Below, piece by piece: positions 28,722 to 38,728 of a stretch of DNA of 64,000 bases. Numbering within the stretch: position 1 is the first letter of the stretch; each line of letters opens with the position of its first letter. Both the position numbers and the translations under genes were made by a program. The notes below the pieces were generated by a model, which saw only the letters and a program-made list of their open reading frames with translations, was not told the DNA's origin and ran no database searches. The DNA comes from a virus: positions 36,524-100,523 of IMG/VR virus record IMGVR_UViG_3300028786_000007; one strand, 5' to 3'.

Positions 28722-29212
28722 TTGGCGTTTCTGCTCCTGTCTCGTTTACTCGTCCCGCTGACACCACGGCCTATGCGGCCGGCGACCTTGTTGCGAATAG
28801 CGTTACGGCCGGCTCCGTGACCCCGCTAGAATTCCGTTGCGGTATGGTGGGTCGGGGGCGCGGCCGAGTAACGAATGCCCGCATCCTAAAAGGAGCGGCC
28901 TCCGTAACCAATGCCACCTTCCTGGTGCACCTGTTCGGCTCTTCGCCGACCGTCAACAACGGCGATAACGGTGCTTTCTCGGCGGTAAGCCTCAGCGATT
29001 ACCTGGGCTCTATCGCCGTCGATATGTCCTCCAATGCAGGCCTTAGCAGTGCCAGCGCCGCTAAGGTGGCGACGGGAGACATACCTTATGACCTCACTAA
29101 AGCATTGACCGCCAATCGAAAAATCTATGCGCTGCTATCCGCCACCGGTGCTTATACGCCCGCTTCCGGTGAGACATTCGAAGTCACCCTCACCTTCTCC
29201 GTTGAAGACTAA
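28718..29212 (+). CDS. Putative virion structural protein
   Basis: FTRPADTTAYAAGDLV...GAYTPASGE beta-rich protein directly before the portal. Confidence 0.5.
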   Translation: MIGVSAPVSFTRPADTTAYAAGDLVANSVTAGSVTPLEFRCGMVGRGRGRVTNARILKGAASVTNATFLVHLFGSSPTVNNGDNGAFSAVSLSDYLGSIAVDMSSNAGLSSASAAKVATGDIPYDLTKALTANRKIYALLSATGAYTPASGETFEVTLTFSVED

Positions 29213-29222
29213 AATTTGAAGG

Positions 29223-31592
29223 GTGCATCCAATGGTCGGCTACTCTGTAGAACACTACGACGGGAATCACCCTAAACTAACGGGCACGGGTGTACCGGGC
29301 ATGCCCCATACTGGGGAAGCGATTGAGGAAATTCGCCCCTCCGCGCCCTCCCAACTCAACGACGACATGCTGTACAAGACGTTGCGCATGTGGTTTGAGA
29401 TGGACGCGCAACACTCAAATAAGTGGCGGCGCGGCGCGCGAGAGGAGTTTGACTTCGTTGCCTGCCGTCAATGGGATCCGCAAGATGAGCGCGAGCTCAC
29501 TGACGCCGGCCGGGTCGCCATCACTTTCAATCGCACCCTTTCCATCATTAAGTCTGTGGCCGGTATTGAGATCAATGGCCGCCATGAGATTGCCTACCTG
29601 CCCCGGCAGGCCACTAATGCCCAGCAGGCGGAGTTCAACGAGCTGCTTTCCGAAGGCAGTCGCTGGATGGCGGATAACTGCGACGCCGAAGATGAACAAT
29701 CTGACGCCTTTCAGGATACTTGCATTTGCGGCATGGGTTGGACGGAACAGCGTCTTGATTTTGAGCTTGACGCAGAAGGCTCCTACATTGAAGAGCGCAT
29801 TGATCCGCTGGAGATGTATTGGGACAACTCCGCCCGCGCTAAGAACCTGACTGACGCCCGGCGCTTATGGCGCGTTCGCCGCATGAGCCTTAGCGACGCC
29901 CGGGAACTGTTCCCCCACATTCATGACGTTGAACTAGACGCCTCCTGGGCTCGCGCGGCGGGCATCAACACCGATCCGGTGAAGCCTGTAGAGGACCGCC
30001 GCCTCCGTGAGGAGAACCTGAAATTTGACTTCGACCCCAAGACTGAAGTGCACATCGTGCAGTGCCAGTGGTGGGAGCGGGAAACCTATTGGCGTGTTGT
30101 TGACCCCATGAGTGGCAACGGCACTCCTCTGGAGCTGTCAGTTCCCGAGTATCAGAAGTTGGCCCGGCGTTACGCCATGATGGGTAAAGAGCTCATCGCG
30201 CTAGAGTGCCGTCGCCGCGTGTACAAGCAAGCCTTCCTGGGCGCTTCCATTCTCGGTGGTGTCAGGCCGGCTCCGGTCGCTGACCGCTTTACCTTCCAAG
30301 TGATCACCGGTGAGCGCGATCGTAATGAGGGCACTTGGTTCGGCCTCGTTAGGCTGATGAAAGACCCACAGATGTGGGCCAATAAGTGGCTCTCGCAATC
30401 GCTGCACATTCTCAATGCCACCGCCAAAGGCGGCATCCTCGCCGAAGAAGACGCCTTCCCCGACCAGCGTGAAGCCGAAGACACTTACGCAATGCCCGAC
30501 GCTATCACCTGGGTACGCAAGGAAGCTATCCAGAAGGGCAAGATTATCCAAAAACCGGGCGGCGGTATCTCCGCGCCTTACATGAACCTTCTGCAATTCG
30601 CCATCACCTCGATCCGCGACGTCGTAGGCATCAACCTGGAGCTGCTGGGCATGCGGGATGCGGCCCAGCCGGGTATCCTAGAGGCCCAGCGGAAACAGGC
30701 CGCTATGACGATCCTCGCGACCCTCTTCGATAGCCTGCGGCGCTTCCGTAAGGGCGTGGGTCGGGTGCGGCTCTACATGATGCAGAATTATCTCAGCGAC
30801 GGCCGCTGGATCCGTGTCACCGGGCCGGATGGCTTCGAATTTGTTCAGCTGCTGCGGGATAAAACGGCCGGCGACTATGACATCATCATCGATGATGCGC
30901 CGACTTCTCCGAACCAAAAAGAAAAGTCATGGGGCATCATTCAGATGATGCTGCCGGCTATCCGGGACATGTTGACTCCTGAGATCGTATTGATGCTGCT
31001 GGAATATTCTCCGCTACCAGCTAAGCTGGTCGAAAGCCTCAAGACGATGCTCAAAGAACCGGACCCGGAGAAAGCTCAGCAACAGCAGATGGCTATGGCC
31101 GCCGCCAAAGCGGAGCTGGACAAGCTGATTGCGGCCGGCGAGAAGGACAAAGCCATCGCGGCCCGGGAACAGTTCGGGATCATGCTGGATCAGGTTGGCA
31201 TGGCCAAGACCCAAGCGGAAACCGAAGGTGTTCGGGCGCAGACGGTGCTGGACCTCGCTTCCGCTGGTCAGGAAGCCTCCCAGGCAATGCTGGACAAGGC
31301 TAAGGCGCGCTACATCACCGTTGAGGGCAAGAAGAACGAAGATCCCCTCGCAGGGTATGGCCTCGGCGACTTCGGAGGCCTGGGCCTGCTCGGCGGCATG
31401 GAAGACGAACCGATGATTGGTGCCCCGCCGGAGCGGATGCAACTCAGCGGCCCCGGCCAGCTTGGCATGCTGCCGACCGAAGGTGGCAAGATGAACATCC
31501 CAATGGAATTGGGCCCTGATGGTGGCGCGGCACCAGCGGGCCTGCTTAACTTACCGCGCGAGTTGCCGGGCAACCCCGCCCCGGCTTTTTAA
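29223..31592 (+). CDS. Portal protein (P22-like)
   Basis: QWD..GR..ITFN, CGMGW, FGLVRLMKDPQMWANK, YDIIIDDAP; position after terL. Confidence 0.9.
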   Translation: MHPMVGYSVEHYDGNHPKLTGTGVPGMPHTGEAIEEIRPSAPSQLNDDMLYKTLRMWFEMDAQHSNKWRRGAREEFDFVACRQWDPQDERELTDAGRVAITFNRTLSIIKSVAGIEINGRHEIAYLPRQATNAQQAEFNELLSEGSRWMADNCDAEDEQSDAFQDTCICGMGWTEQRLDFELDAEGSYIEERIDPLEMYWDNSARAKNLTDARRLWRVRRMSLSDARELFPHIHDVELDASWARAAGINTDPVKPVEDRRLREENLKFDFDPKTEVHIVQCQWWERETYWRVVDPMSGNGTPLELSVPEYQKLARRYAMMGKELIALECRRRVYKQAFLGASILGGVRPAPVADRFTFQVITGERDRNEGTWFGLVRLMKDPQMWANKWLSQSLHILNATAKGGILAEEDAFPDQREAEDTYAMPDAITWVRKEAIQKGKIIQKPGGGISAPYMNLLQFAITSIRDVVGINLELLGMRDAAQPGILEAQRKQAAMTILATLFDSLRRFRKGVGRVRLYMMQNYLSDGRWIRVTGPDGFEFVQLLRDKTAGDYDIIIDDAPTSPNQKEKSWGIIQMMLPAIRDMLTPEIVLMLLEYSPLPAKLVESLKTMLKEPDPEKAQQQQMAMAAAKAELDKLIAAGEKDKAIAAREQFGIMLDQVGMAKTQAETEGVRAQTVLDLASAGQEASQAMLDKAKARYITVEGKKNEDPLAGYGLGDFGGLGLLGGMEDEPMIGAPPERMQLSGPGQLGMLPTEGGKMNIPMELGPDGGAAPAGLLNLPRELPGNPAPAF

Positions 31593-31608
31593 CCCTTGAG
31601 GGACTTTA

Positions 31609-32916
31609 ATGCCACTGAACAATACCGACGAAGCACCGGGTAATCTGACCCCGGAAGCTCTCGGTGCCCAGGAAGACGCACCGACAATCATTGAGGCTCG
31701 CAGCCCCGGCTGGGAGCCTGAAGAGCTTAGCCCTGAGGAGCTGGCCTATTTCAACTCTCGTGGCAACGATACTTCGGGCCTGAAGATCTCCGCGGAGCCG
31801 GCCCCCACTCCAGCGCCTACCCCTGCTCCGGCCCCCGCGCCGTTGGAACCTCCTCGCCCGGCAGAAACCCGTGCGCCGGTTACGCCCGATTCCTCACCCT
31901 TGGTGCCGACGCCGGCCCCCGCGCCGGCCGTTAATCCGGACGTCGTCGGCGCTGACGAAGACGTTGACCTGGACACGCTTACGGTTGATTCGCAAGGCGT
32001 GATGCGGGACGACAAAGGTCGATTTGTTCCGCATTCCGCGCTTCATAAGGCGCGCGAACGGTTCAAAGCGGAGCGCAACCGCGCCGATACCGCCGCCAGC
32101 GAACTGAACCAGCTGCGCCAGACCGTCGCTACGATGGAAGGGCGCTTCTCCGCACTCATGGAGCTTCAAAAGCCGGCTCCTGCGGCTGAGGCCGCCCCCG
32201 CACCGGAGCCGGAGGATACGCCCCCTGACCCGCAGGTGGACATTTTTGGCTTCGTGGCATGGCAGGGCCGACAGATCGAAAAGGCCAATAAGCGCATCGA
32301 GCAAATGGAAACCAATGCGACCCGGCAGGTCGAAGAGGTTCGCGGCCAGGTCACCGAGGCCAATATGATGACCCACTACAAGAGCGATGCGCAATCGTTC
32401 GTAGCGCAGAAGCCGGAATTCGTCCAAGCCTATCGCCATTTGATCGACGCCCGGAATATGGAGCTCACCCTGATGGGCTATGAGAACCCGGCGCAGCGGA
32501 TGGAGATCATCAATAGCGAGGAAAAGGAGCTCGTCCAGACCGCTTACAAGCAGAAGAGGCGGCCCGCGGAGTTCATCTATAACGTCTCCGTTGCGCGTGG
32601 CTTCCGGGCTCCCACGCCGGCCCCCGTGCCCGCCGCCGCGGCCCCCGCTCCGGCTGCACCGGCCCCTACTCCCGCTCCGGCGGCTCCGCAGCCCGCGGCC
32701 CCGGCCGCTACGGCTACGCCGGCCGCATTGGGCGCGCAGCATCTTGCCAACCTCGCCGCGGCGCGAAATGCTGCGGCTACGTTGAGCGGCTCGGGCGGCG
32801 CTAGTGGCGACGGTGTTACCATGGAAATGGTAGCGGCGATGAGCGAAGCTGAGTTCGAAGCTTTCCAGAATAAGATTGGCGGCCGTAAGGCGATGCGCCA
32901 GTTCCTGGGCGGTTAG
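31609..32916 (+). CDS. Head scaffolding protein
   Basis: Follows the portal; VPHSALHKARER coiled coil, PDPQVDIFG, C-terminal MSEAEFEA; PA/PT-rich linkers. Confidence 0.75.
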   Translation: MPLNNTDEAPGNLTPEALGAQEDAPTIIEARSPGWEPEELSPEELAYFNSRGNDTSGLKISAEPAPTPAPTPAPAPAPLEPPRPAETRAPVTPDSSPLVPTPAPAPAVNPDVVGADEDVDLDTLTVDSQGVMRDDKGRFVPHSALHKARERFKAERNRADTAASELNQLRQTVATMEGRFSALMELQKPAPAAEAAPAPEPEDTPPDPQVDIFGFVAWQGRQIEKANKRIEQMETNATRQVEEVRGQVTEANMMTHYKSDAQSFVAQKPEFVQAYRHLIDARNMELTLMGYENPAQRMEIINSEEKELVQTAYKQKRRPAEFIYNVSVARGFRAPTPAPVPAAAAPAPAAPAPTPAPAAPQPAAPAATATPAALGAQHLANLAAARNAAATLSGSGGASGDGVTMEMVAAMSEAEFEAFQNKIGGRKAMRQFLGG

Positions 32917-32927
32917 GGAGAGCGCAC

Positions 32928-33143
32928 GTGAAGGAGAAACTTCAAGCTAGGCTGCGCGTCTTGGAAAATGCACAAACGCAGCTTCTCAACCAACTCCATG
33001 CTGCGGTAGGTGCAGCCCAAGAGGTGCGTAACCTGCTAAACTTGGTGGAAGAAAATGAGCGAGAAGAAACGCTTAATCCCGGGAGTGGGGTACAAGACGA
33101 AGCCGACCAATCTCTCGAAGAAGAGGAAGTCGCAGCAGCGTGA
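32928..33143 (+). CDS. Small coiled-coil hypothetical protein
   Basis: GGAG RBS. Confidence 0.55.
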   Translation: MKEKLQARLRVLENAQTQLLNQLHAAVGAAQEVRNLLNLVEENEREETLNPGSGVQDEADQSLEEEEVAAA

Positions 33144-33207
33144 TAAGCCGAAGGGCGAGAAGTAAGTGGGCGGCTTCGGCCGCCCTTATGCATTGCGAGG
33201 AAATGAG

Positions 33208-33447
33208 ATGGATATTGACCATCGTCGCCCGGTCGCTACCCTCGAAGACCTTGAAACGCTGAATAGCGATGAGGTCATGGAAGGCTACCGCGATGGAATG
33301 AGAAACGAGCGCTGCGGCGACAACCGATCACGCTCGTTCTGGCATGGTTGGAAAAACGGAATGACCGACTTCGGCCACATGGAACGCGACTGGGCCTCAG
33401 CGGAACTTGCCCGGCGCTATGTTGAGAAAAGCCGAACCTGGCACTAA
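33208..33447 (+). CDS. Ribosome modulation factor (Rmf)-like small protein
   Basis: EGYRDG...RSFWHGWKNG resembles the Rmf GY..G...W..GW pattern; GAGG RBS. Confidence 0.45.
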   Translation: MDIDHRRPVATLEDLETLNSDEVMEGYRDGMRNERCGDNRSRSFWHGWKNGMTDFGHMERDWASAELARRYVEKSRTWH

Positions 33448-34076
33448 GCTGCCCCTTGCTCTTTTTTCCAGTTTCCCAGGCGCTTCTCCAAACCTTCGGC
33501 CCAGCCGCGGGCCTTGGTCCAAATGATAGCGGTGCGCTTAAGCCACTCTCTGCGCTCCGGATGCGGGCCTTTATCGCCTACTTCCTGGAGATAGATCTCC
33601 TCGCCCAGCCGGCGCAGCTCCATGAGCTCAATAAGGTGCGCGATGCCGGCGCGCAATTCCTCGTTCTCCTTACGGAGCACGTCAATTGCCCTCAGCTCTC
33701 GCCGCTGGGCCTTGTCCTCGACTGGTGCGCGGCCAGTGACGAGCTCCAACAGGCGCTGCAAGCCCGCACCGGCCGGTTCCACAGCTATCGCAGCGGCGAA
33801 GGCGTAGGCCGGCTCCAGTCGCATCTGCATATTGGCGTCCCAATAGAGCTTATCCGTAGCATACGGTGCCCCGGCCGCATCATCCATGACCAGGATGAAG
33901 TCGTCCTGGTGGCCGGCCGGCGCAGCGTAGAGGTCGTTGGCCGCGCGCTGGTACATATTGCCCAGCGATCGACAGAACTCCACGGGAGATTCCAGAAGCT
34001 GCCAACCAAAGGAGCCACGTATCCCTACGCACATGACATGTTGCGTAGGGCGGTGATAGAGGTAAAGCTTGTTCAT
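33444..34076 (-). CDS. Hypothetical protein
   Basis: 210-aa ORF ending the - strand block. Confidence 0.55.
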   Translation of the reverse strand: MNKLYLYHRPTQHVMCVGIRGSFGWQLLESPVEFCRSLGNMYQRAANDLYAAPAGHQDDFILVMDDAAGAPYATDKLYWDANMQMRLEPAYAFAAAIAVEPAGAGLQRLLELVTGRAPVEDKAQRRELRAIDVLRKENEELRAGIAHLIELMELRRLGEEIYLQEVGDKGPHPERREWLKRTAIIWTKARGWAEGLEKRLGNWKKEQGAA

Positions 34077-34167
34077 TGAAATAGTGGAGCACTAGGGTCC
34101 ATGATAAAGATAAGTGCTATGGCAATAACGGCCACAGCAATCATGCAGTGTTCGATTCGCCTATACA

Positions 34168-34617
34168 TTAGTTTGTCCTGAACTGCGCTGAGGTTTGTGT
34201 TGCGATCAACGGCCGGCCCTCGACTTTTATTGGCTGGCTTGAGTAAAAATAAGTGCCGTTGGATTGCCGCTCAGCTCCTTCGCTGTTTGTGTAGAACACA
34301 ACCAAGTTGTTCATCTTCACCGGGCCTTTAACGGCTTCATAAATTAGCGGGGCCTGGCCGTTTATCGGCGTTACCACGATAAAGCCCAGGCGGTGGACCA
34401 TGGGGTCAACGACGCGCACTAAGGGCGGTGTTAACGCCTCTTCGTGGACTATCCGCGTCGGAGCGATGACCGCCCTGGGCTTCTCTTGGGGCTCGTCGCC
34501 AATACTGAACATTCCCATCAGGTAAAGTAACCCGATAGCTACTGAGAGGGCGAGGGCTCCAAGCCCAACATAGTCCCACCACGGATGACGAGCAGTGAAG
34601 AAGGTCTTCAGGTCCAA
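34168..34617 (-). CDS. Single-pass membrane protein
   Basis: N-terminal TM helix; AGGAG RBS. Confidence 0.55.
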   Translation of the reverse strand: MDLKTFFTARHPWWDYVGLGALALSVAIGLLYLMGMFSIGDEPQEKPRAVIAPTRIVHEEALTPPLVRVVDPMVHRLGFIVVTPINGQAPLIYEAVKGPVKMNNLVVFYTNSEGAERQSNGTYFYSSQPIKVEGRPLIATQTSAQFRTN

Positions 34618-34628
34618 GGCGAGTACTC

Positions 34629-34916
34629 CTAGAAGGGTGACAATTCGGCAAGGCGGTTGCGCCCTTGCTCATTAATGAAGAAGGTTCGTTTGCGGGTACG
34701 GGCGGCCGGATCATCGCCGATATCGATGTAGCCACCGCAAGTCAGGTTGATTATCGCACCGTAAATGGTCGCATCTAGGCGCTTACTGATCGGAGAAGTG
34801 GGCGTCTTGAGCAACTCTTCAATTATGGTGCTGCCCTTGGTCGGGCCATTCTTGTCCAGGTAAAGCAGCACCCGATAAGGCCATGTATTCCAGGGCATCG
34901 TCTTAGCCTTCTTCAT
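34629..34916 (-). CDS. Winged-helix DNA-binding protein
   Basis: RVLLYLDKNGP...FFINEQGR; ATGA-coupled to the recombinase. Confidence 0.55.
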   Translation of the reverse strand: MKKAKTMPWNTWPYRVLLYLDKNGPTKGSTIIEELLKTPTSPISKRLDATIYGAIINLTCGGYIDIGDDPAARTRKRTFFINEQGRNRLAELSPF

Positions 34917-35557
34917 ATTTCCACGCTCCTGGCGATCGCCGCGGCGTCTTCCTGGTCGATGCCCAAATAAGCGGCCGTCGCACCGAGCGACTTGTGGCCG
35001 AGCAACACGCGCACCGCAGCAAGGTTCTTCGTCTGGGCATAGATCTCCTTGGACTTTGTGCGCCGGGTAGAGTGCCCGCTATAGCGTCGTGGGTCCAGGC
35101 GAATCATCAGCGCCAGTTTCTTGATGATATTGCGATATTGGCGATCGGAAATGCCGAACAACAACTCTTTTGGATCCAGGCACTCGCGTCGCATTAGGTA
35201 GGTGTGCAACGCGGCGCATGTTTTCCGGGTGAGCTCGCACCTTATCGGTGCACCGGTCTTCTTCTGCTTCAGCCAGAAACTGGTCAGCACTTCGGGCCGC
35301 GAATTGCCCGGCGTTAGGTCGCCGACCGTAAGCCGGATCAGGTCCGAGCCGCGGAGCATCGTGTCGATAGCGAGACGAAAAAGTGCAAAGTCGCGCATCG
35401 CGAGCGGACACCTACTATTGATAAGGAAATGCTCAATCAGCGCTACCTCTGCGGGTGTAAACGCTTCGGACTGACCGCGGACTTTAGACGTTTCCGTTTT
35501 CTTGGGTTGCACTGCTTTTACGGAAGTTTTTATATCGCGCTTCGCCCGCTGAGCCAC
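34913..35557 (-). CDS. Tyrosine recombinase, catalytic domain only (214 aa)
   Basis: RD..LF..TMLRGSDL, KTG, HSTRRT, LLGH, AAYL catalytic motifs. Confidence 0.85.
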   Translation of the reverse strand: MAQRAKRDIKTSVKAVQPKKTETSKVRGQSEAFTPAEVALIEHFLINSRCPLAMRDFALFRLAIDTMLRGSDLIRLTVGDLTPGNSRPEVLTSFWLKQKKTGAPIRCELTRKTCAALHTYLMRRECLDPKELLFGISDRQYRNIIKKLALMIRLDPRRYSGHSTRRTKSKEIYAQTKNLAAVRVLLGHKSLGATAAYLGIDQEDAAAIARSVEI

Positions 35558-35654
35558 CTTAAACTCCCCAACCCTCCGAATTTGCAGGAGAATTTTGTAT
35601 CATGGTTATATCGTTTCCGCTTTGAATAGAAACGGAAACGGAGTAACCGACTGG

Positions 35655-36032
35655 TTATCTCCACCGCGCCGGCCGGAAGCCGAGCCAATTGTATTTCTGC
35701 ACGCTACACTCTTCCGGGCTGGGCCACCCGCCCGGTCCGCCATATTCGCGCCGCTGGTAGTAATCAGGCGCGGACCGCCGCCACCAACTGACGTAGATGG
35801 CGATCCCCGCAACGACGAAGCCGTCTTCGCTGCTATCGTACTCAAAGCGCGTCATGTGAAGCGTGGCGCAGCAAGCCCCGGCGACAAAAGGCGGGTTAGC
35901 CTCCAGCATCATGATGCCGGGGTGCAGGGCCAGCCCGCAGACATTACCGCCATATCGCACTAGGGTAATGTTGACGGTGAATGCCTTCATGCCCTGCGGG
36001 ATGCGGCGGATATAGTTGCGCGGCTCGCTCAT
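35655..36032 (-). CDS. Hypothetical protein
   Basis: ATGA-coupled start. Confidence 0.5.
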   Translation of the reverse strand: MSEPRNYIRRIPQGMKAFTVNITLVRYGGNVCGLALHPGIMMLEANPPFVAGACCATLHMTRFEYDSSEDGFVVAGIAIYVSWWRRSAPDYYQRREYGGPGGWPSPEECSVQKYNWLGFRPARWR

Positions 36033-36211
36033 TGCGGGCTCTGGCCGGTCTGGCCGAAGTCGCGCACTACGCCCCAAGCCTCAATGTACTCAGCGTGGGT
36101 GTAGGGCGTATGGTAGAAATCTCCGACGACTGTTTCCACAACATACTTGGTAAGAGAATCGTCGCGCGTATGAAACTCAGCCAGGATGCGGCACGCTTCT
36201 TGCAATGTCAT
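36029..36211 (-). CDS. Hypothetical protein
   Basis: Packed operon. Confidence 0.5.
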   Translation of the reverse strand: MTLQEACRILAEFHTRDDSLTKYVVETVVGDFYHTPYTHAEYIEAWGVVRDFGQTGQSPQ

Positions 36212-36467
36212 CGATCTTCGCTCCGTTGGCGTAAGCCGCAACTTCGTTGAGTTCAGCCCTCAGTAACCCGCGGCGAAAGGCGAGGGCGATCAAGTGCACC
36301 GTATTCTTGGCTCCGTACCGTATGCGCAGCGCCTTAGTGTCGGCCTCGACATTATCCTTGCTCATACCCATAGCGATGGCGACCTGTCGGTGGGTGTAGC
36401 CTTCCGAAAGTAAGGTCAGCAGGTAGAGCCGACGGCGAAGAGTCTTGGCTTGTCCGATGCGTTTCAC
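36177..36467 (-). CDS. LuxR-type HTH protein
   Basis: LLSEGYTHRQVAIAMGMSKDNV...YGAKNTVHLIALAFRRGLL. Confidence 0.8.
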   Translation of the reverse strand: MKRIGQAKTLRRRLYLLTLLSEGYTHRQVAIAMGMSKDNVEADTKALRIRYGAKNTVHLIALAFRRGLLRAELNEVAAYANGAKIDDIARSVPHPG

Positions 36468-36904
36468 AGCGGCTTCCCCGCGATCAGGCGCTCAACAACC
36501 TTCGGTGTTAGGGCATCGTACAAGTTCACTGCGGCGTGCTGGCCGGCCTCCGTATAGTTCATTGGGCTCAGCCAGACCTCAATGGAATAACTAATGTCCG
36601 GCCGGGCACTAAGCCGGAACATGACGATCAGGGTACTTTCGCCACGGAGCCGAGCGTCCCCCAACATAGCAACATGCTCAAAGTCGCTGAGATAGTTGTT
36701 ACAAGCGACTTGTAACCTCATCCAATCTTCCGGCCGCAGGCGTTGGCCGCTCTTAAGACGTGCCATCTTAGGCAGGCCCATCAATTCTCGGGAACGATCC
36801 TGAATCAATTCCTGAAACTCTACGGCCGTCATCTGCTCAGAGCGATGGGACAGCTCATTGAGGGCCTGGTCAAAAGCTTCCTCAAAGGTCATAGCAGACA
36901 TCAT
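36464..36904 (-). CDS. Hypothetical protein
   Basis: GAGG RBS; coupled. Confidence 0.55.
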   Translation of the reverse strand: MMSAMTFEEAFDQALNELSHRSEQMTAVEFQELIQDRSRELMGLPKMARLKSGQRLRPEDWMRLQVACNNYLSDFEHVAMLGDARLRGESTLIVMFRLSARPDISYSIEVWLSPMNYTEAGQHAAVNLYDALTPKVVERLIAGKPL

Positions 36905-37167
36905 GGTTCAATTTCCTCGCCGCGGCGTCGTCGGCCGCGCCTTGACGGGTTGCGGCGTATCGGTAAAATTGCACCCCGACCGTATATCCGGCGTACCGCC
37001 CGCCTTGATGCAAAGTTTACCGATCCTTGCGTTGAGTTCGAATATTTGCAGTTGGAAGAAGGCGCACAGCAATAGGATAAACGCGGCCCTCGCCAGTTTT
37101 TCAGAGATGAAGCGCCAACGCGGCTCTTTCTTGGGCATGGTGAGGGTGGGCCGCTCAGGCTGGGACT

Positions 37168-37815
37168 TCATTTGCGGGCCTTTATGACTCGGTTAGCAAT
37201 ACCAACATAGGGTGCTACAGTGCCGTCCGGCAGGTAAATCTCTGTTTTGGAAAGATCCAACATGAACCCTTGCCAAACGTGCGGCTCAAGCATTACCACT
37301 CGAAAGGTGGGCTTGCCTAGGCGGAAGCGCTTGATGTAGCGGTGTACGCCGTCAATGAGTAAGTACTCCCCGCTGGGCCAACGCGCATAAATGCCCGGCG
37401 TTTCTAGACGCTTCTCATCAATACGCGCGAGGTGACCCAGCTCTGGGTTGCTGCCCCGAAGAAATTCCAAGTAAGCGTCCATAGTTAGGGTGACATGGCC
37501 GACCTGATAGAGCACTGCGCCATCTGAAATAGCGTCCTTGATGCCGCGAATATCCAGCAGGATGCGCCACTTTGACCGCGCATCGGTGTAGTCGAACACC
37601 TCACGGTTGGTCATCATTAGGCGAGTTTCGCCGTTCACCACTTCCGGCCTTATTTCCCGAACTTCTGGCCGGCCATTCGGCATAGTGCCGAGCTTACGCA
37701 GCCCCTTCCGCTCCGCCGCGCTAAGCCCCGCCAAGTCCCGGTGGAACTGCATCTCTATCGGGCCGCCCGGCGGATAGAAGTGGCGCGCGTTGAAATCGGG
37801 TAGGGGCAACGTCAT
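37168..37815 (-). CDS. ParB/Srx-like domain protein
   Basis: PGIYA..YLLIDGVHRY motif. Confidence 0.5.
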   Translation of the reverse strand: MTLPLPDFNARHFYPPGGPIEMQFHRDLAGLSAAERKGLRKLGTMPNGRPEVREIRPEVVNGETRLMMTNREVFDYTDARSKWRILLDIRGIKDAISDGAVLYQVGHVTLTMDAYLEFLRGSNPELGHLARIDEKRLETPGIYARWPSGEYLLIDGVHRYIKRFRLGKPTFRVVMLEPHVWQGFMLDLSKTEIYLPDGTVAPYVGIANRVIKARK

Positions 37816-37816
37816 C

Positions 37817-38158
37817 CTAGTACAGCTTCCTGTTCCGTTCCAATAGCAGGTACATCATCTCAATTTCGATTTCCTGGCCGACCACCAACTTGAACTCTTG
37901 CATAATCGTGGGCAGCACCACCAACCTACCGTCTATCCCTTTTACAATGACATAGCTGTCCTCGTAGCCGACCGGCTTCTCCTGTTCCGGAGCCTTGGCC
38001 TCAGCCTGAGGTGTGAACAAATTAGCAATAGGATTCGCTGGCACAGTCGGCGTCGGCTTGACCAACGTGACCGGGTCGCGCGGTGTACCGGGCTTATTGG
38101 AGCTTTGGAACGTGGTGATGGAAGCGAGGACGGTGAGCGCAGTAAGCTTGATAATCAT
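37817..38158 (-). CDS. Hypothetical exported protein
   Basis: Signal-peptide-like N-terminus; GGGGG RBS. Confidence 0.5.
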   Translation of the reverse strand: MIIKLTALTVLASITTFQSSNKPGTPRDPVTLVKPTPTVPANPIANLFTPQAEAKAPEQEKPVGYEDSYVIVKGIDGRLVVLPTIMQEFKLVVGQEIEIEMMYLLLERNRKLY

Positions 38159-38320
38159 GAATTCCCCCTTAAAGCAGAGGGATCGACGTTACCTGCTCTG
38201 GCCGCAGTGCGTAAACGCCGGGCGCACAGTTCTCCACAATGGGGAGAGGTGGGGATCCTGCCACCCCCACCTCTCTGCGCTCAAAGCCTTGCGTAGGGAC
38301 AAGACGAGCGCAATTCTGTT

Positions 38321-38725
38321 CTATTTGTGTACCGCAGTTGGGTCGCCAGCGAGGTATATCCCCCAAGCTTCCGTCACCGTAGGCCAATAAAGGTAGACGG
38401 CCGTGCCCACGAGCGCCATCAATACAAAGTACGCCAAGAATGTCAGCGCCCCGGTGCGTGGCTTGGGTACGGGAATAGTGGCGATGCGTGGCGGAGCGCC
38501 TCCCCAAGCGGAAGTTTGGCGCGTTCCGCTGGCCTTCCAATCTGCGGCCGGCGCTGGGCTGGGCTTCAGGTGTAGGGTTGAGCGCGGCGGCGCATTCCGT
38601 ATGACAGCCCCCGGCCGTACATGCTTAGAATTCATGTGCATTTCCAATGCACTCTGAGAAACGAAAGGCTTCACCAAACCGTCCTTGGCACAAATTTCAC
38701 AATGCCAACGCTTTTCCTTAGCCAA
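38321..38725 (-). CDS. C2H2 zinc-finger plus TM protein
   Basis: CEIC...F...ALEMHMNSKH; C-terminal hydrophobic helix; AAGGAG RBS. Confidence 0.6.
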   Translation of the reverse strand: MAKEKRWHCEICAKDGLVKPFVSQSALEMHMNSKHVRPGAVIRNAPPRSTLHLKPSPAPAADWKASGTRQTSAWGGAPPRIATIPVPKPRTGALTFLAYFVLMALVGTAVYLYWPTVTEAWGIYLAGDPTAVHK

Positions 38726-38728
38726 GAT

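Noticed and set aside
31790-32742. Low-complexity GC repeats and a 282-aa antisense ORF
   Set aside because: Explained by Pro/Ala linkers of the scaffold protein
34913-35654. attP or prophage boundary beside the recombinase
   Set aside because: No tRNA fragment, core repeat or host genes are adjacent
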